Assembly: GCA_963707915.1 (NCBI GenBank)
Contig: OY970178.1
Span: forward strand, 2,944,001-3,008,000
Direction of reading: 5' to 3'
DNA length: 64,000 bases
DNA from: Candidatus Eiseniibacteriota bacterium
GTDB lineage: Bacteria > Eisenbacteria > RBG-16-71-46
Positions 32,244 through 41,862 of this stretch are shown in pieces. A program made the translations under genes and the position numbers. The notes under the pieces are model-generated. The model searched no databases and was not told where the DNA came from. It saw only the letters and a list, made by a program, of their open reading frames with translations. Numbering within the stretch: the first letter of the stretch is position 1; the number at the start of each line of letters is the position of its first letter.

Positions 32244-33713
32244 CTACGCCGGTCCGCCAAGGTCGTCCCCGGAGGGGGCGGCCGACCCCAGCCGGTGCAC
32301 CCGCAGCGAGTTCGTGGTGCCGGCGGCCCCCGGGGGCGTGCCCGCCACCATCACGATCAGGTCACCGGGCTCGCCGCGGCCGAGTTCGAGCATGGCGCTC
32401 GTCACCTGCTGGACCATCTCGTCGGTGGTCTTCACGCTGGGCACGACGAAGGTCTCCACGCCCCAGACCACCGAGAGCTGGCCGCGCACGGCAGGCTCGC
32501 TGGTGAAGGCGTAGAGCGGTACCGGCTCGCGGTGCGAGGCCAGCAGGCACACGGTCGAGCCGGACCGCGTGAAGGCGACCAGCGCCTGGGCGCCGAGGTC
32601 GCACGCGGTCCGCGCCGCGGCGCGCGCGATGGCCGCCTGCACCGAGGCGCGCTCCCGCAGCGGGGGCAGGTGACGCAGGTCCACGGCCTCGGCGGCGACG
32701 ATGATCCGCCGCATGGTGGACACGACCTGCACCGGGTAGCGCCCGACGGTGGTCTCGGCCGTGAGCAGGAGCGCGTCGGCCCCGTCGAGCACGGCGTTGG
32801 CCACGTCCGAGACCTCGGCGCGCGTGGGCCGCGAATGGCACACCATCGAGTCGAGCATCTGGGTCGCCACGATGACCGGCCGGCCGTGCTCGCGGGCCAG
32901 CTGCACGGCGTGCTTCTGGACGATCGGCACGTCCTCGAGCGGCATCTCGACGCCCAGGTCGCCGCGCGCGACCAGCACGCCGTCGAAGGCCCTGACGATG
33001 GCGTCCATCTGGAGCACCGCCTCGGGCTTCTCGATCTTGGCGTAGACCGGCACGCGCCGGCCGGCGGCGTCCATGACGCGCCGCACTTCGGCGGCGGCGT
33101 CCGCGCTGCGCACGAAGGAGAGCGCCACCAGGTCCACGCCCAGGTCGAGCGCGAAGCGCAGGTCCTCGACGTCCTTGGGCGTCAGCGCGGGGGCGGAGAC
33201 CTTCACGCCGGGCAGGTTGATGCCCTTGTGGTCGGAAACCTCGCCGCCCTCGACGACGCGGCAGGTCACCCGCACGCCGTCGCTGGCGAGGGCCTGGAGC
33301 CGCACCAGGCCGTCGTTCACCAGCAGCGCGTCGCCGGGCCCGACGTCGCGGGCGAGGCCCTCGTAGGTGGTCGAGGCCTGGCGCGCGTCGCCCGCGACCG
33401 GCTCGGTGGTGATGACGAACTCGGCGCCGGTCTCCAGCGTCACCGGGCCGGCGGGGAAGACGCCGAGGCGGATCTTCGGCCCGGAGAGGTCGGCCATGAC
33501 GCCGACCGCCTGCCCGGCCTCGGCGGCGGCGTCGCGCACGCGGTCGTAGTGCCCGCGATGCTGGTCGTAGGTGCCGTGCGAGAAGTTGAGGCGCGCGGCG
33601 TCCATGCCGGCGTCCACGAGGGCGCGCACCGCCTCGGGCGTGCCCGTCGCGGGGCCCAGCGAACAGATGATCTTGACCCGGGGCGTCGCGCCCTCGCTCG
33701 GAGACTTCGACAT
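32244..33713 (-). CDS. pyk: Pyruvate kinase
   Basis: KIICSLGPA, ARLNFSHG, AKIEKP, VARGDLGVE, ATQMLDSM and PTRAEVSDVANAVLDGAD. Confidence 0.95.
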   Translation of the reverse strand: MSKSPSEGATPRVKIICSLGPATGTPEAVRALVDAGMDAARLNFSHGTYDQHRGHYDRVRDAAAEAGQAVGVMADLSGPKIRLGVFPAGPVTLETGAEFVITTEPVAGDARQASTTYEGLARDVGPGDALLVNDGLVRLQALASDGVRVTCRVVEGGEVSDHKGINLPGVKVSAPALTPKDVEDLRFALDLGVDLVALSFVRSADAAAEVRRVMDAAGRRVPVYAKIEKPEAVLQMDAIVRAFDGVLVARGDLGVEMPLEDVPIVQKHAVQLAREHGRPVIVATQMLDSMVCHSRPTRAEVSDVANAVLDGADALLLTAETTVGRYPVQVVSTMRRIIVAAEAVDLRHLPPLRERASVQAAIARAAARTACDLGAQALVAFTRSGSTVCLLASHREPVPLYAFTSEPAVRGQLSVVWGVETFVVPSVKTTDEMVQQVTSAMLELGRGEPGDLIVMVAGTPPGAAGTTNSLRVHRLGSAAPSGDDLGGPA

Positions 33714-33777
33714 GCGGCCCGACCTTTGGTCCAAGAGAATGACCGCGGCCACTTGCGCGTGGCCGCGGTCGAGAGAT

Positions 33778-33854
33778 TGGGGTGGATGATGGGGCTTGAA
33801 CCCACGACCCCCTGAGCCACAGTCAGGTGCTCTGCCAGCTGAGCTACACCCACC
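33778..33854 (-). tRNA. tRNA-His(GTG), with G-1
   Basis: Reverse complement GGTGGGTGTAGCTCAG...CCTGA-CTGTGGC-TCAGG...GGTTCAAGCC...CATCCACCCCA. Confidence 0.96.
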
Positions 33855-33894
33855 GCCACTTGAACTCGGTGCTGCGATGTCCGGCGCGAAGGAC

Positions 33895-33971
33895 TGGCGC
33901 GCCTGGAGGGAATCGAACCCCCGACCCACGGATTAGAAATCCGTTGCTCTATCCTTCTGAGCTACAGGCGC
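33895..33971 (-). tRNA. tRNA-Arg(TCT)
   Basis: Reverse complement GCGCCTGTAGCTCAG...ACGGA-TTTCTAA-TCCGT...GGTTCGATTC...CAGGCGCGCCA. Confidence 0.96.
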
Positions 33972-34073
33972 AGGACGATCCCCGCCCGGGTCCGCGATCC
34001 CGGAACCGGGGTATTGCTCATCGGACCCGCCCAGGCGGCGGCCCTGCCCGAGGGACCCGTCTGGGCGGCAAGT

Positions 34074-34150
<77 letters not shown>

Positions 34151-34176
34151 GACTGCCCGAAGGCATTCGACGGCGG

Positions 34177-34206
34177 AGGATACGGGCGGGGCTCCGCGGG
34201 CGTCAA
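34177..34206 (-). promoter_or_regulatory. sigma70 promoter for the tRNA Pro-Arg-His cluster (TTGACG-N18-TATCCT)
   Basis: Minus-strand hexamers at 34206-34201 and 34182-34177. Confidence 0.7.
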
Positions 34207-34395
34207 ACGCGGCGTCGGCGCCGGTCCGTCGCCGTGCCCCACCCGGCCGCCGTGCCGGCAGGAGGGAAGCCCCCGGAGAATGGGAAGTTACCGGGGCGTT
34301 GCGCCGGCGCACCCCGGACCGTATGCTCCCCGCACAGCGGTCGGCCCCTGGCGGCACGGACGGCTCCCGGCTGGCATTGAACGAGGGGGAGAAGA

Positions 34396-34824
34396 ATGGG
34401 CGTGAACAAGGTGATCCTGGTCGGGAACCTGGGGGCGAACCCCGAGATGCGGACGACCCAGGGTGGCCAGAAGGTCGCGAACCTGCGGCTCGCGACCACC
34501 GAGCGCTGGACCGACAAGAACGGCCAGAAGCAGGAACAGACCGAGTGGCATCGCGTGGTGGTGTTCGGCAAGCTGGCGGAGATCTGTGGCCAGTACCTCA
34601 CCAAGGGACGGCAGATCTACGTCGAGGGCCGGATCCAGACGCGTCAATGGCAGGACCAGCAGGGCCAGAAGCGCTACAGCACCGAGGTCGTGGCGCAGGG
34701 CATGCAGATGCTGGGCAATCGCACGGACGGGGGTCCGCGCGAGGACTCGAGCGTGATGATGCCGCCCGACGACTCCGCCACGAACGATTTCGGCGGCGGT
34801 CCGGACGACGACATCCCGTTCTAG
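34396..34824 (+). CDS. ssb: Single-stranded DNA-binding protein
   Basis: [34 protein letters not shown] and the acidic tail DDDIPF. Confidence 0.97.
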   Translation: MGVNKVILVGNLGANPEMRTTQGGQKVANLRLATTERWTDKNGQKQEQTEWHRVVVFGKLAEICGQYLTKGRQIYVEGRIQTRQWQDQQGQKRYSTEVVAQGMQMLGNRTDGGPREDSSVMMPPDDSATNDFGGGPDDDIPF

Positions 34825-34831
34825 CGCTCCA

Positions 34832-35191
34832 GGGGGCGAATGGTCTCGACGGGGGTCGAGAAGCAGGAAGTGCAGGCCGGGGACCCGTGACCTCGTCAAA
34901 AAAGCGGGACAATTCAACTGCCAATGAGCAGTTGGCTTTCGCTGCCTAGCTAAACACTAGCAGCGACGGCTGCCCGGACCCCGCCTGTGGGGGCTGGAGC
35001 GGGCGTCAGATAAACGCAGGCTGGTCCGATGTCATGCCCGAGGGCGGAGGACGAGAACGATAGAGGGCTGGCGTGCCGCTGATCCCGCCGGTCGGAGCGG
35101 AGGCACGCGAGAACCAATCGGCCGGACAAGCCTGTAGGACTTCCTGGGGACTGACTTTCGGACGCGGGTTCGATTCCCGCCGCCTCCACCA
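34832..35191 (+). ncRNA. ssrA: tmRNA, tag peptide (A)ANEQLAFAA
   Basis: 5' GGGGGCG...TCGAC; 3' GACGCGGGTTCGATTCCCGCCGCCTCCACCA; tag ORF 34920-34949 ending LAFAA-TAG. Confidence 0.96.
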
Positions 35192-35195
35192 ATTC

Positions 35196-35225
35196 CCGGG
35201 CCGTTCCCGCGAGGGAGCGGCCCGG
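35196..35225 (+). terminator. Hairpin directly after tmRNA
   Basis: CCGGGCCGTTCCC-GCGA-GGGAGCGGCCCGG. Confidence 0.55.
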
Positions 35226-35285
35226 AGCCCGCCGCGATTTGCCGGCCGACGGTCCACCGATGCACCCAGCGGAGCGCTTCGCCCC

Positions 35286-38200
35286 ATGAGCCCCTCCGGG
35301 AAGAGCACCCGAGCCAAGCGCTCCAGGGTGGCCGCCGCCCGCCCCGCCGCGAAGCCGTCGCGCCAGCCTGCCAGGCCTGCGCGCGCTCCCGCGAAGCCTG
35401 CGCGCAAGCCCACCCGCGCCGCCGAGGCGCTGCGCGAGAGCGAGGCCAAGTTTCGGATGCTGGTGGGGGAGGCCACGGACGGCATCACGATCACCGATTC
35501 CGAATGGCGCTTCCTCGAGGTGAACCCGAGCTTCTGCGAGCTGGTCGGCTACACGCGGGAAGAGTTGTCGGGGATGTCGGTGCGGGACATCGGGGTACGG
35601 GAGGACCTGGAGCGCGAGCAGCTCCGCGTCGAGGACCTCGCCGCCGGACGGAAGATCCTCACCCAGCGGACCCTGCGCCGCAAGGACGGCACCGTCCTGG
35701 CCGTGGAGATCGGCGCGCGGAGCCTGCCCGATGGGACGGTCCTGAGCGTGGTCCGCGACATCACCGAGCGCCGGAAGGCCGAGCAGGCGCTCGTGTCATC
35801 CGAGGCCAGGTATCGCGCGCTGCACGACTCCCTGATGGACGCCTTCGTCATCGTGGCCCGGGACGGGCGGATCCTGGAATTCAACGAGCCGTACCGCGCC
35901 ATGCTCGGCTACGAATCCGGGGAACTGCTGGCGCGCACCTACATGGATCTCACGCCGGAGCGCTGGCACGCGCTCGAAGTCGAGGTGGTCGAGAAGGAGA
36001 TCCTGCCGCGGGGACATTCCGTGGTCTACGAGAAGGAATACCGCCGGAAGGACGGCACCGTCTTCCCGGTGGAGCTGCGGGCGATGCTATTGCCCGACGC
36101 CGCGGGCGCACCGACGAGGATGTGGGCGCTGGTGCGCGACATCAGCGCGCGCAAGCAGGCGGAGGCCGACCTGCGCGAGAGCGAGGAACGCTTCAGGGGC
36201 GTGTTCCACTCGGACCTGCTGGGCATCGTCTTCGGAGCGGCCGGGGGCACGTTCGTCGATGCCAACGAGTACTTCCTGCGCCTCACGGGCTACACCCGCG
36301 AGGACCTGCTGGCGGGCCAGGTGCGCGAGGACGTCATCTTCTCCCCCGAGGAGCTCGCCCGGGCGCGCGAGAATCCGCGGTGGAACCGGGACACCGGCGT
36401 CGCCCTCCCGTTCGAGTCCGAGTTCGTCCGCAAGGACGGCACCCGGGTGCCGGTCCTGACCGGCGCCGCGTTCCTCGAGCCGGAGCGCCGGTTCGCCGTC
36501 GGATTCGCGCTGGACCTGACGGAGCTCAAGAGCGCGCAGCGCCGCCTGTCGGACAGCGAGCGTCACCTCGAGAAGTCGCAGGAGCTGGCGCACGTGGGGA
36601 CCTGGACGGCGGGCGCCGGGACCACCACCGCGACCTTGTCCGACGAGATGGCGAGCATCCTCGGCTTCCCCGAGGGCACCCGGACGATCGAGCTGTCCCG
36701 CTTCCTGGAGCGGGTGCACCCCGACGACCGCGAACGGATCGGGCGCGACCTGCGCGGGGCGCTGGAGCGGCCGGCGAGCATGCGCTACGAGCACCGCGTG
36801 GTGTGGTCCGACGGCAGCGTGCGGTTCCTCGAGACCGTGAGCGAGCCGGGGCTGGACGAAGCGGGCCGCTTCACGAACCTGCTGGGAGTCACGCAGGACG
36901 TCACCGAGCGCCGGAACACGGCGCGGCGACTCGCGGAGAGCGAGTACTACCTCGAGCGGGCCCAGCAGTTGGCCCACGTCGGCACCTGGGACGCCGACCT
37001 CGCGACCATGACCGCCAAGTTCTCCGACGAGTTGCTGCGCATCCACGGGCTGCCGGCCGGCCTGAAACAGGTCCCGTTCGCGGATTTCATCGCGTCCATC
37101 CACCCCGACGACCGCGCGGCCGTGCAGCAGGCCATCCGCGAGGAGATCGCGCGGCCGGGCCAGCGGAACTTCGAGCACCGCATCGTGCGCCCCGACGGCT
37201 CGGTGCGCGTGGTCGCGGCCACCTCCGAATCGGTGGTGGACGCGTCGGGCCGCCCGCAGCGCATCATCGGCTCGGTCCAGGACGTCACCGAGCGCCGCCT
37301 GCTCGAGCTGCAGCTGCGCGAGGCGCAGCGGCTGGAGTCCATCGGCCGGCTCGCGGGCGGGGTGGCGCACGACTTCAACAACCTGCTCACGGTCATCCTC
37401 GGCTTCACCGAGACCCTGCTGGAAGGCCTGCCGGCGGGGGACGAGCGCCGCGCGAGCGCCGAGCAGGTCCGCTCGGCCGGGCGGCGCGCGGCCGAGCTCA
37501 CTCAGCAACTGCTCGCCTTCGGGCGCCGGCAGGTGCTTCGCACGCGGGTGTTCGACCTGAACGAGGTGCTGGCGGAGCTGCGGGACATCATCCGGCGGCT
37601 GGTCGGCGAACAGGTCGAGCTCGGGATCTCCACCGACACCGTGCCGTGCCTGGCCCGCGCCGACCAGGGCCAGATCGAGCAGGTCATCGTCAACCTGGCG
37701 CTCAATGCCCGCGACGCCATGCCCGCGGGCGGACGCCTCGACATCTCGGTACGGAACGTCGATCTCGCCGCGGACGGGAAGGGCGGCCTGGCCGGGCGCT
37801 GCCTGCAGCTCACCGTGAGCGATACGGGCACGGGCATGAGTCCCGAGGTCCGGGCCCAGATCTTCGAGCCGTTCTTCACGACCAAGGACCTGGGGCAGGG
37901 GACCGGGCTCGGTCTCGCCACGGTCCACGGTGTCGTGCTGCAGACCGGCGGCCGCATCGAGGTGAGCAGCGTCCCCGGGAAGGGTTCGACCTTCCGCGTG
38001 TTCCTGCCCTGCGCTGCCGGGGTGGCCGGGGCCCAGGAAGCCGCCTCCGTGCCCGCGCCGTCCGAATCGCGCGGCGAGGAGACCGTGCTCCTGGTCGAGG
38101 ACGAGAGCTCGGTGCGGGAGTTCATCGCCGGGGCGCTGCGCCGCGGGGGCTACCAGGTGGTCGCTGCCGCCGACGGCGACGAGGCGATCGACGCCGCCCA

Positions 38201-38450
38201 CCGGCACGCCGGCGTCATCCACCTGCTGGTCACGGACCTCGTCATGCCGGGGATGACCGGCCGGGAGCTGGCGCGCTACCTGACCCACGAGCGCCCGGGC
38301 CTGCGGGTCCTCTTCATCTCGGGCTACAGCGACCAGCGGAGCGAGTCGCGGGCCGGCGAGGGCGTGGCCGAGGCCTTCATGCAGAAGCCCTTCACGGCGG
38401 CGACCCTCGCCCGCCAGGTCCGGCAGGTCCTGGACGCCCCCGGCCCCTGA
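35286..38450 (+). CDS. Cytoplasmic multi-PAS (5 PAS/PAC) hybrid histidine kinase with receiver domain
   Basis: Repeated RKDG..RDI/DVTE PAC motifs; H-box AHDFNNLL; NARDAM; FEPFFTTK; GTGLGL; receiver motifs LLVEDE, DLVMP and KPF. Confidence 0.93.
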   Translation: MSPSGKSTRAKRSRVAAARPAAKPSRQPARPARAPAKPARKPTRAAEALRESEAKFRMLVGEATDGITITDSEWRFLEVNPSFCELVGYTREELSGMSVRDIGVREDLEREQLRVEDLAAGRKILTQRTLRRKDGTVLAVEIGARSLPDGTVLSVVRDITERRKAEQALVSSEARYRALHDSLMDAFVIVARDGRILEFNEPYRAMLGYESGELLARTYMDLTPERWHALEVEVVEKEILPRGHSVVYEKEYRRKDGTVFPVELRAMLLPDAAGAPTRMWALVRDISARKQAEADLRESEERFRGVFHSDLLGIVFGAAGGTFVDANEYFLRLTGYTREDLLAGQVREDVIFSPEELARARENPRWNRDTGVALPFESEFVRKDGTRVPVLTGAAFLEPERRFAVGFALDLTELKSAQRRLSDSERHLEKSQELAHVGTWTAGAGTTTATLSDEMASILGFPEGTRTIELSRFLERVHPDDRERIGRDLRGALERPASMRYEHRVVWSDGSVRFLETVSEPGLDEAGRFTNLLGVTQDVTERRNTARRLAESEYYLERAQQLAHVGTWDADLATMTAKFSDELLRIHGLPAGLKQVPFADFIASIHPDDRAAVQQAIREEIARPGQRNFEHRIVRPDGSVRVVAATSESVVDASGRPQRIIGSVQDVTERRLLELQLREAQRLESIGRLAGGVAHDFNNLLTVILGFTETLLEGLPAGDERRASAEQVRSAGRRAAELTQQLLAFGRRQVLRTRVFDLNEVLAELRDIIRRLVGEQVELGISTDTVPCLARADQGQIEQVIVNLALNARDAMPAGGRLDISVRNVDLAADGKGGLAGRCLQLTVSDTGTGMSPEVRAQIFEPFFTTKDLGQGTGLGLATVHGVVLQTGGRIEVSSVPGKGSTFRVFLPCAAGVAGAQEAASVPAPSESRGEETVLLVEDESSVREFIAGALRRGGYQVVAAADGDEAIDAAHRHAGVIHLLVTDLVMPGMTGRELARYLTHERPGLRVLFISGYSDQRSESRAGEGVAEAFMQKPFTAATLARQVRQVLDAPGP

Positions 38451-38705
38451 CCGCGTTCCTCGTGCCGCCCGGCGCTGCGCCCTCCGGTGCACCGTCGATG
38501 GGGCACGTAGGAGAGCCTTCAGCACGCCCAAGTCCTGCCCGGCCACTCCGTTCCCTTCGCCGCCCCGGCCCAGGTGCCCGGCCGCGCGCCGCTGCCACCC
38601 GGCCTCCAGCGACGCTCCACGACGTGGCTCCCGGGCGTGGCTGTGGGTATCGGGAGGCCCCTCCGGGGCGGGGCGGGCGTCCCCGGATCACCGGTCCGAT
38701 TCCGC

Positions 38706-38735
38706 TTGCGGCCGGCCGGTCCGGGCGCTTAGTCT
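38706..38735 (+). promoter_or_regulatory. Putative sigma70 promoter (TTGCGG-N18-TAGTCT) for the yggS operon
   Basis: Hexamers end 9 nt before GTG 38745; near-leaderless. Confidence 0.5.
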
Positions 38736-38744
38736 CGCGCGCTT

Positions 38745-39446
38745 GTGGATTTCGATAAGGGCACCCTCCGGCAGCGCTTGGACGATGTCCGCGGCCGCAT
38801 CACGGCGGCGGCGGCCCGTTCGGGGCGCCCCGTGGAGCGGGTGACGCTCGTCGGAGTCACCAAGACGGTGCACGCGGAGGCGGTGCAGGCGGCGGTCGCT
38901 CTCGGCCTGGCCGACCTGGGCGAAAGCCGGGTGCAGGAAGCGCAGGCCAAGATCCTGGCCGTGGGCCGGGACCGGGCGCGCTGGCACCTCATCGGCCACC
39001 TGCAGCGCAACAAGGCCGGGCGGGCGGTCGAGTTGTTCGACCGGGTCCACGGCGTGGACGACGCGGAACTGGCCGGGGCGCTCTCCCGGCACGCCGTTTC
39101 GTCCGGGCGCTCGCTCCCGGTGCTGGTGGAGGTGAACGTGAGCGGCGAGGCCACCAAGTTCGGCGTCGCCCCGGAAGGGCTCGAGCCCCTGCTCGAGCGC
39201 GTCGCGGCCCTGCCGGGCCTGAGGCTCGATGGCCTCATGACCGTGGGGGCTCCGGCCGATCATGCAGAGGCTGCGCGCGCCGGGTTCGCCCGGCTGCGCG
39301 CGCTGCGCGACCGGGCGGAACAGCGGTTCGGGCGGTCGCTGCCCGAGCTCTCGATGGGGATGAGCGGCGACTTCGAGGTGGCGGTCGAGGAAGGCAGCAC
39401 GATGGTGCGCGTGGGATCGGCGATCTTCGGGGCGCGGCCCGCGTAG
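38745..39446 (+). CDS. yggS: PLP homeostasis protein, YggS family
   Basis: LVGVTKT, GESRVQE, WHLIGHLQRNK and LSMGMSGDFEVAVEEGSTMVRVGSAIFG. Confidence 0.95.
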   Translation: MDFDKGTLRQRLDDVRGRITAAAARSGRPVERVTLVGVTKTVHAEAVQAAVALGLADLGESRVQEAQAKILAVGRDRARWHLIGHLQRNKAGRAVELFDRVHGVDDAELAGALSRHAVSSGRSLPVLVEVNVSGEATKFGVAPEGLEPLLERVAALPGLRLDGLMTVGAPADHAEAARAGFARLRALRDRAEQRFGRSLPELSMGMSGDFEVAVEEGSTMVRVGSAIFGARPA

Positions 39447-39473
39447 CGCCGGGTCCGGGTGGAGGCTCACGAC

Positions 39474-39773
39474 ATGTTCGTGGTCGGGAATTTCCTGAAT
39501 GCGGTGGCGGGGTTGCTGGACGTGGTCCTGCAGGCCCTGCTGGTCGTGATCCTCATCAACGCCGTGCTCTCGTGGGTGCGGCCGGATCCGTCGAACCCGA
39601 TCGTGGCGTTCCTGGACCGCGTCTCGGATTTCGTCTGCGACCCGCTGCGCAGGCTGTTCCCGACGGTGTTCGGCGGCATCGACTTCGCGCCGTTCATCGC
39701 CATGCTGGCGATCTACTTCGTCCAGCAGTTCGTGATCGCATCGTTGCGCGGCGCGGCGCTGCGGATGGGCTGA
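39474..39773 (+). CDS. yggT: YggT family membrane protein
   Basis: LSWVRPDPSNPIV, DPLRRLFP and GIDFAP; the alternative start is GTG 39459. Confidence 0.9.
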   Translation: MFVVGNFLNAVAGLLDVVLQALLVVILINAVLSWVRPDPSNPIVAFLDRVSDFVCDPLRRLFPTVFGGIDFAPFIAMLAIYFVQQFVIASLRGAALRMG

Positions 39774-39775
39774 GC

Positions 39776-40093
39776 ATGCCGGTCCGCCTGCAGGTGCGGG
39801 TGCACCCCGGCGCGCAGCGGCCGGGGCTGGTGGGACGGCTGGCGGACGGGTCGCTCAAGGTGGCGGTGGCCGAGGCCCCCGAGGGGGGCCGGGCGAACCG
39901 GGCGGTGGAGGTGCTGGTGGCGGGGCTGCTGTCGCTCCGGCGCACGCAGGTGAAGGTGGTGGGCGGCGCGGCCGCACGCCTCAAGCAGGTCGAGATCGAG
40001 AGCCTGGACGCGGCGGACGTCGAGCGCCGGATCGTCGAGGCGCTGGCGGGTGCACGCGGAAGGCGTGGCGGAGAGGCGTCCCATGGCAAGTGA
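39776..40093 (+). CDS. DUF167 (YggU) family protein
   Basis: VRVHPGA and LKVAVAEAPEGGRAN. Confidence 0.85.
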   Translation: MPVRLQVRVHPGAQRPGLVGRLADGSLKVAVAEAPEGGRANRAVEVLVAGLLSLRRTQVKVVGGAAARLKQVEIESLDAADVERRIVEALAGARGRRGGEASHGK

Positions 40094-40919
40094 GTACCTG
40101 GAGCGGATCGAGGAGGCGGCGGCGGCGGTGCGCGCGCGCACGCGGGTGCGGCCCGAGGTCGGGGTGATCCTCGGCACCGGGCTGGGCGACTTCGCGGACG
40201 CGCTCGATCTCGAGACGATGATCCCCTTTGCGGAGATCCCGCACTTCCCGGTCTCGACCGTGGAGAGCCACGCGGGCGAGCTGCACCTCGGCCGGCTGGC
40301 GGGACGTCCGGTGGCGGTGATGAAGGGGCGCGTCCACTACTACGAAGGCTACGCCATGCGCGAGGTCGCCTTCCCGGTGCGCGTGCTCCGGGCCCTCGGC
40401 TGCGGCACGCTGGTCATCACGAACGCCGTGGGCGGGATGAACCCCGACATGCCGCCGGGGTCCATCGTGGTCACGACCGACCACATCAACCTGATGGGGG
40501 ACAATCCGCTGGTCGGTCCCAACGACGACGAGTTGGGCCCGCGCTTCCCCGACATGAGCGAGCCCTACTCGCGCGCGCTGGTCGCGCTCGCGGAACGCGT
40601 CGCGCTCGACCTCGGGATCACGCTGCAGCGCGGCGTGATGGTCGCGGTGCCGGGCCCGAACCTGGAGACCGCCGCCGAGTACCGTTTCCTGCGCGCGGTC
40701 GGGGCCGACATCGTCGGCATGTCGCTGGTGCCCGAGAACCTCGCCGCCGTGCACGGCGGGCAGCGGGTGCTGGCGCTCAACGTGGTGACCGACGCCTGCC
40801 TGCCGGACGCCCTGGCGCCCGCCAGCATCCCCGAGATCCTGGCGTGCGCGGGACGAGTGGCGCCCACGCTCATCCGGCTGGTGACGGAGGTCATCCGTCG
40901 CCAGGGCGACGTGAAATGA
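40083..40919 (+). CDS. Purine-nucleoside phosphorylase (trimeric PNP family)
   Basis: GVILGTGLG, IPHFPVSTVESHAG, GRVHYYEGY, GPNLETAAE and VGMS. Confidence 0.93.
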   Translation: MASEYLERIEEAAAAVRARTRVRPEVGVILGTGLGDFADALDLETMIPFAEIPHFPVSTVESHAGELHLGRLAGRPVAVMKGRVHYYEGYAMREVAFPVRVLRALGCGTLVITNAVGGMNPDMPPGSIVVTTDHINLMGDNPLVGPNDDELGPRFPDMSEPYSRALVALAERVALDLGITLQRGVMVAVPGPNLETAAEYRFLRAVGADIVGMSLVPENLAAVHGGQRVLALNVVTDACLPDALAPASIPEILACAGRVAPTLIRLVTEVIRRQGDVK

Positions 40920-40959
40920 GACCGAGGACTCTTCCGATCGGCGACACGGAGGTGTGACG

Positions 40960-41862
40960 ATGGCCAGTCAGCGCAGATCCGCAAGCCCCACCCGGTCCGC
41001 GAAGCCCACCCGGAAGACACCCGTGGCGAAGAAGAAGGCGGTGACCGTGCAGAAGAAGAAGGCGACCCCTGCGACCCGGAAGGCCACCCCCGTGGCGAAG
41101 AAGAAGGCGGTGACCGTGCAGAAGAAGAAGGCGACTCCCCCGACCCGGAAGCCCGCCCCGGCGGCGAAGAAGGCCGTGCCCAGGGGGAAGCCGACCGCCC
41201 CGGCGCCGAGGAAGGGCGCCGCCGCGGCCAGGAAGCCCGCCGCCCGGGCCGCCGCGCCGGCGGCGAAGGCCGTCAAGGCTCCGCCGCGCCGCATGAAGGC
41301 CGTGCCGCGGCCGCCCGCCCCGCACCCCACCGTGCGTCCGCTCGGCGTGCTGCCGGCGGATGCGCGCGCGCGCGGCGCCGAGCGTCCGGCGCACGCGCCC
41401 GCGGTCGCGCCCCGGGCCGCGGCCCTGCCCGCGCGACCCGCGAAGCCGGGGGCGAAGGCCCCGGGGCTGCAGCGCGTGACCGACAAGGACCTCAAGGAGC
41501 TCGAGCGGCTGCTGCTCGCGGAGCGGGGACGCGTGATGAAGGAGATGGGGCACCTGGAGAGCACGGTGCTCAAGGTGAACCCGCGCGAGAGCGCCGGCGA
41601 CCTCTCCGGCTACTCGTTCCACATGGCAGACGCCGGCACGGACGCCTACGAGCGCGAGAAGGCGTTCCAGTTCGCCTCGAACGAGGGACGGCTGCTGCTG
41701 GACCTGGACGAGGCACTGCGCCGGCTCTACCGTGGCGAGTACGGCAGCTGCGAGACGTGCGGCAACGCGATCGCCAAGGCGCGGCTCGAGGCGATGCCGA
41801 CCGCTCGGCTGTGCCGAGACTGCAAGGAGAAGGAGGAGCGGGAGAACCGCCCGCAGACGTGA
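40960..41862 (+). CDS. TraR/DksA-family C4 zinc-finger protein with a long Lys/Ala/Pro-rich N-terminal extension
   Basis: HMADAGTD, YGSCETC, RLEAMP and LCRDC; GGAGG RBS. Confidence 0.88.
   Translation: MASQRRSASPTRSAKPTRKTPVAKKKAVTVQKKKATPATRKATPVAKKKAVTVQKKKATPPTRKPAPAAKKAVPRGKPTAPAPRKGAAAARKPAARAAAPAAKAVKAPPRRMKAVPRPPAPHPTVRPLGVLPADARARGAERPAHAPAVAPRAAALPARPAKPGAKAPGLQRVTDKDLKELERLLLAERGRVMKEMGHLESTVLKVNPRESAGDLSGYSFHMADAGTDAYEREKAFQFASNEGRLLLDLDEALRRLYRGEYGSCETCGNAIAKARLEAMPTARLCRDCKEKEERENRPQT
41020..41135 (+). repeat. 69-bp-period direct repeat with a 47-bp identical core (PVAKKKAVTVQKKKAT)
   Basis: Identical copies at 41020-41066 and 41089-41135. Confidence 0.9.

Noticed and set aside
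35170..38745. Genomic island integrated at tmRNA
   Set aside because: No duplicated ssrA 3' end and no integrase found downstream.
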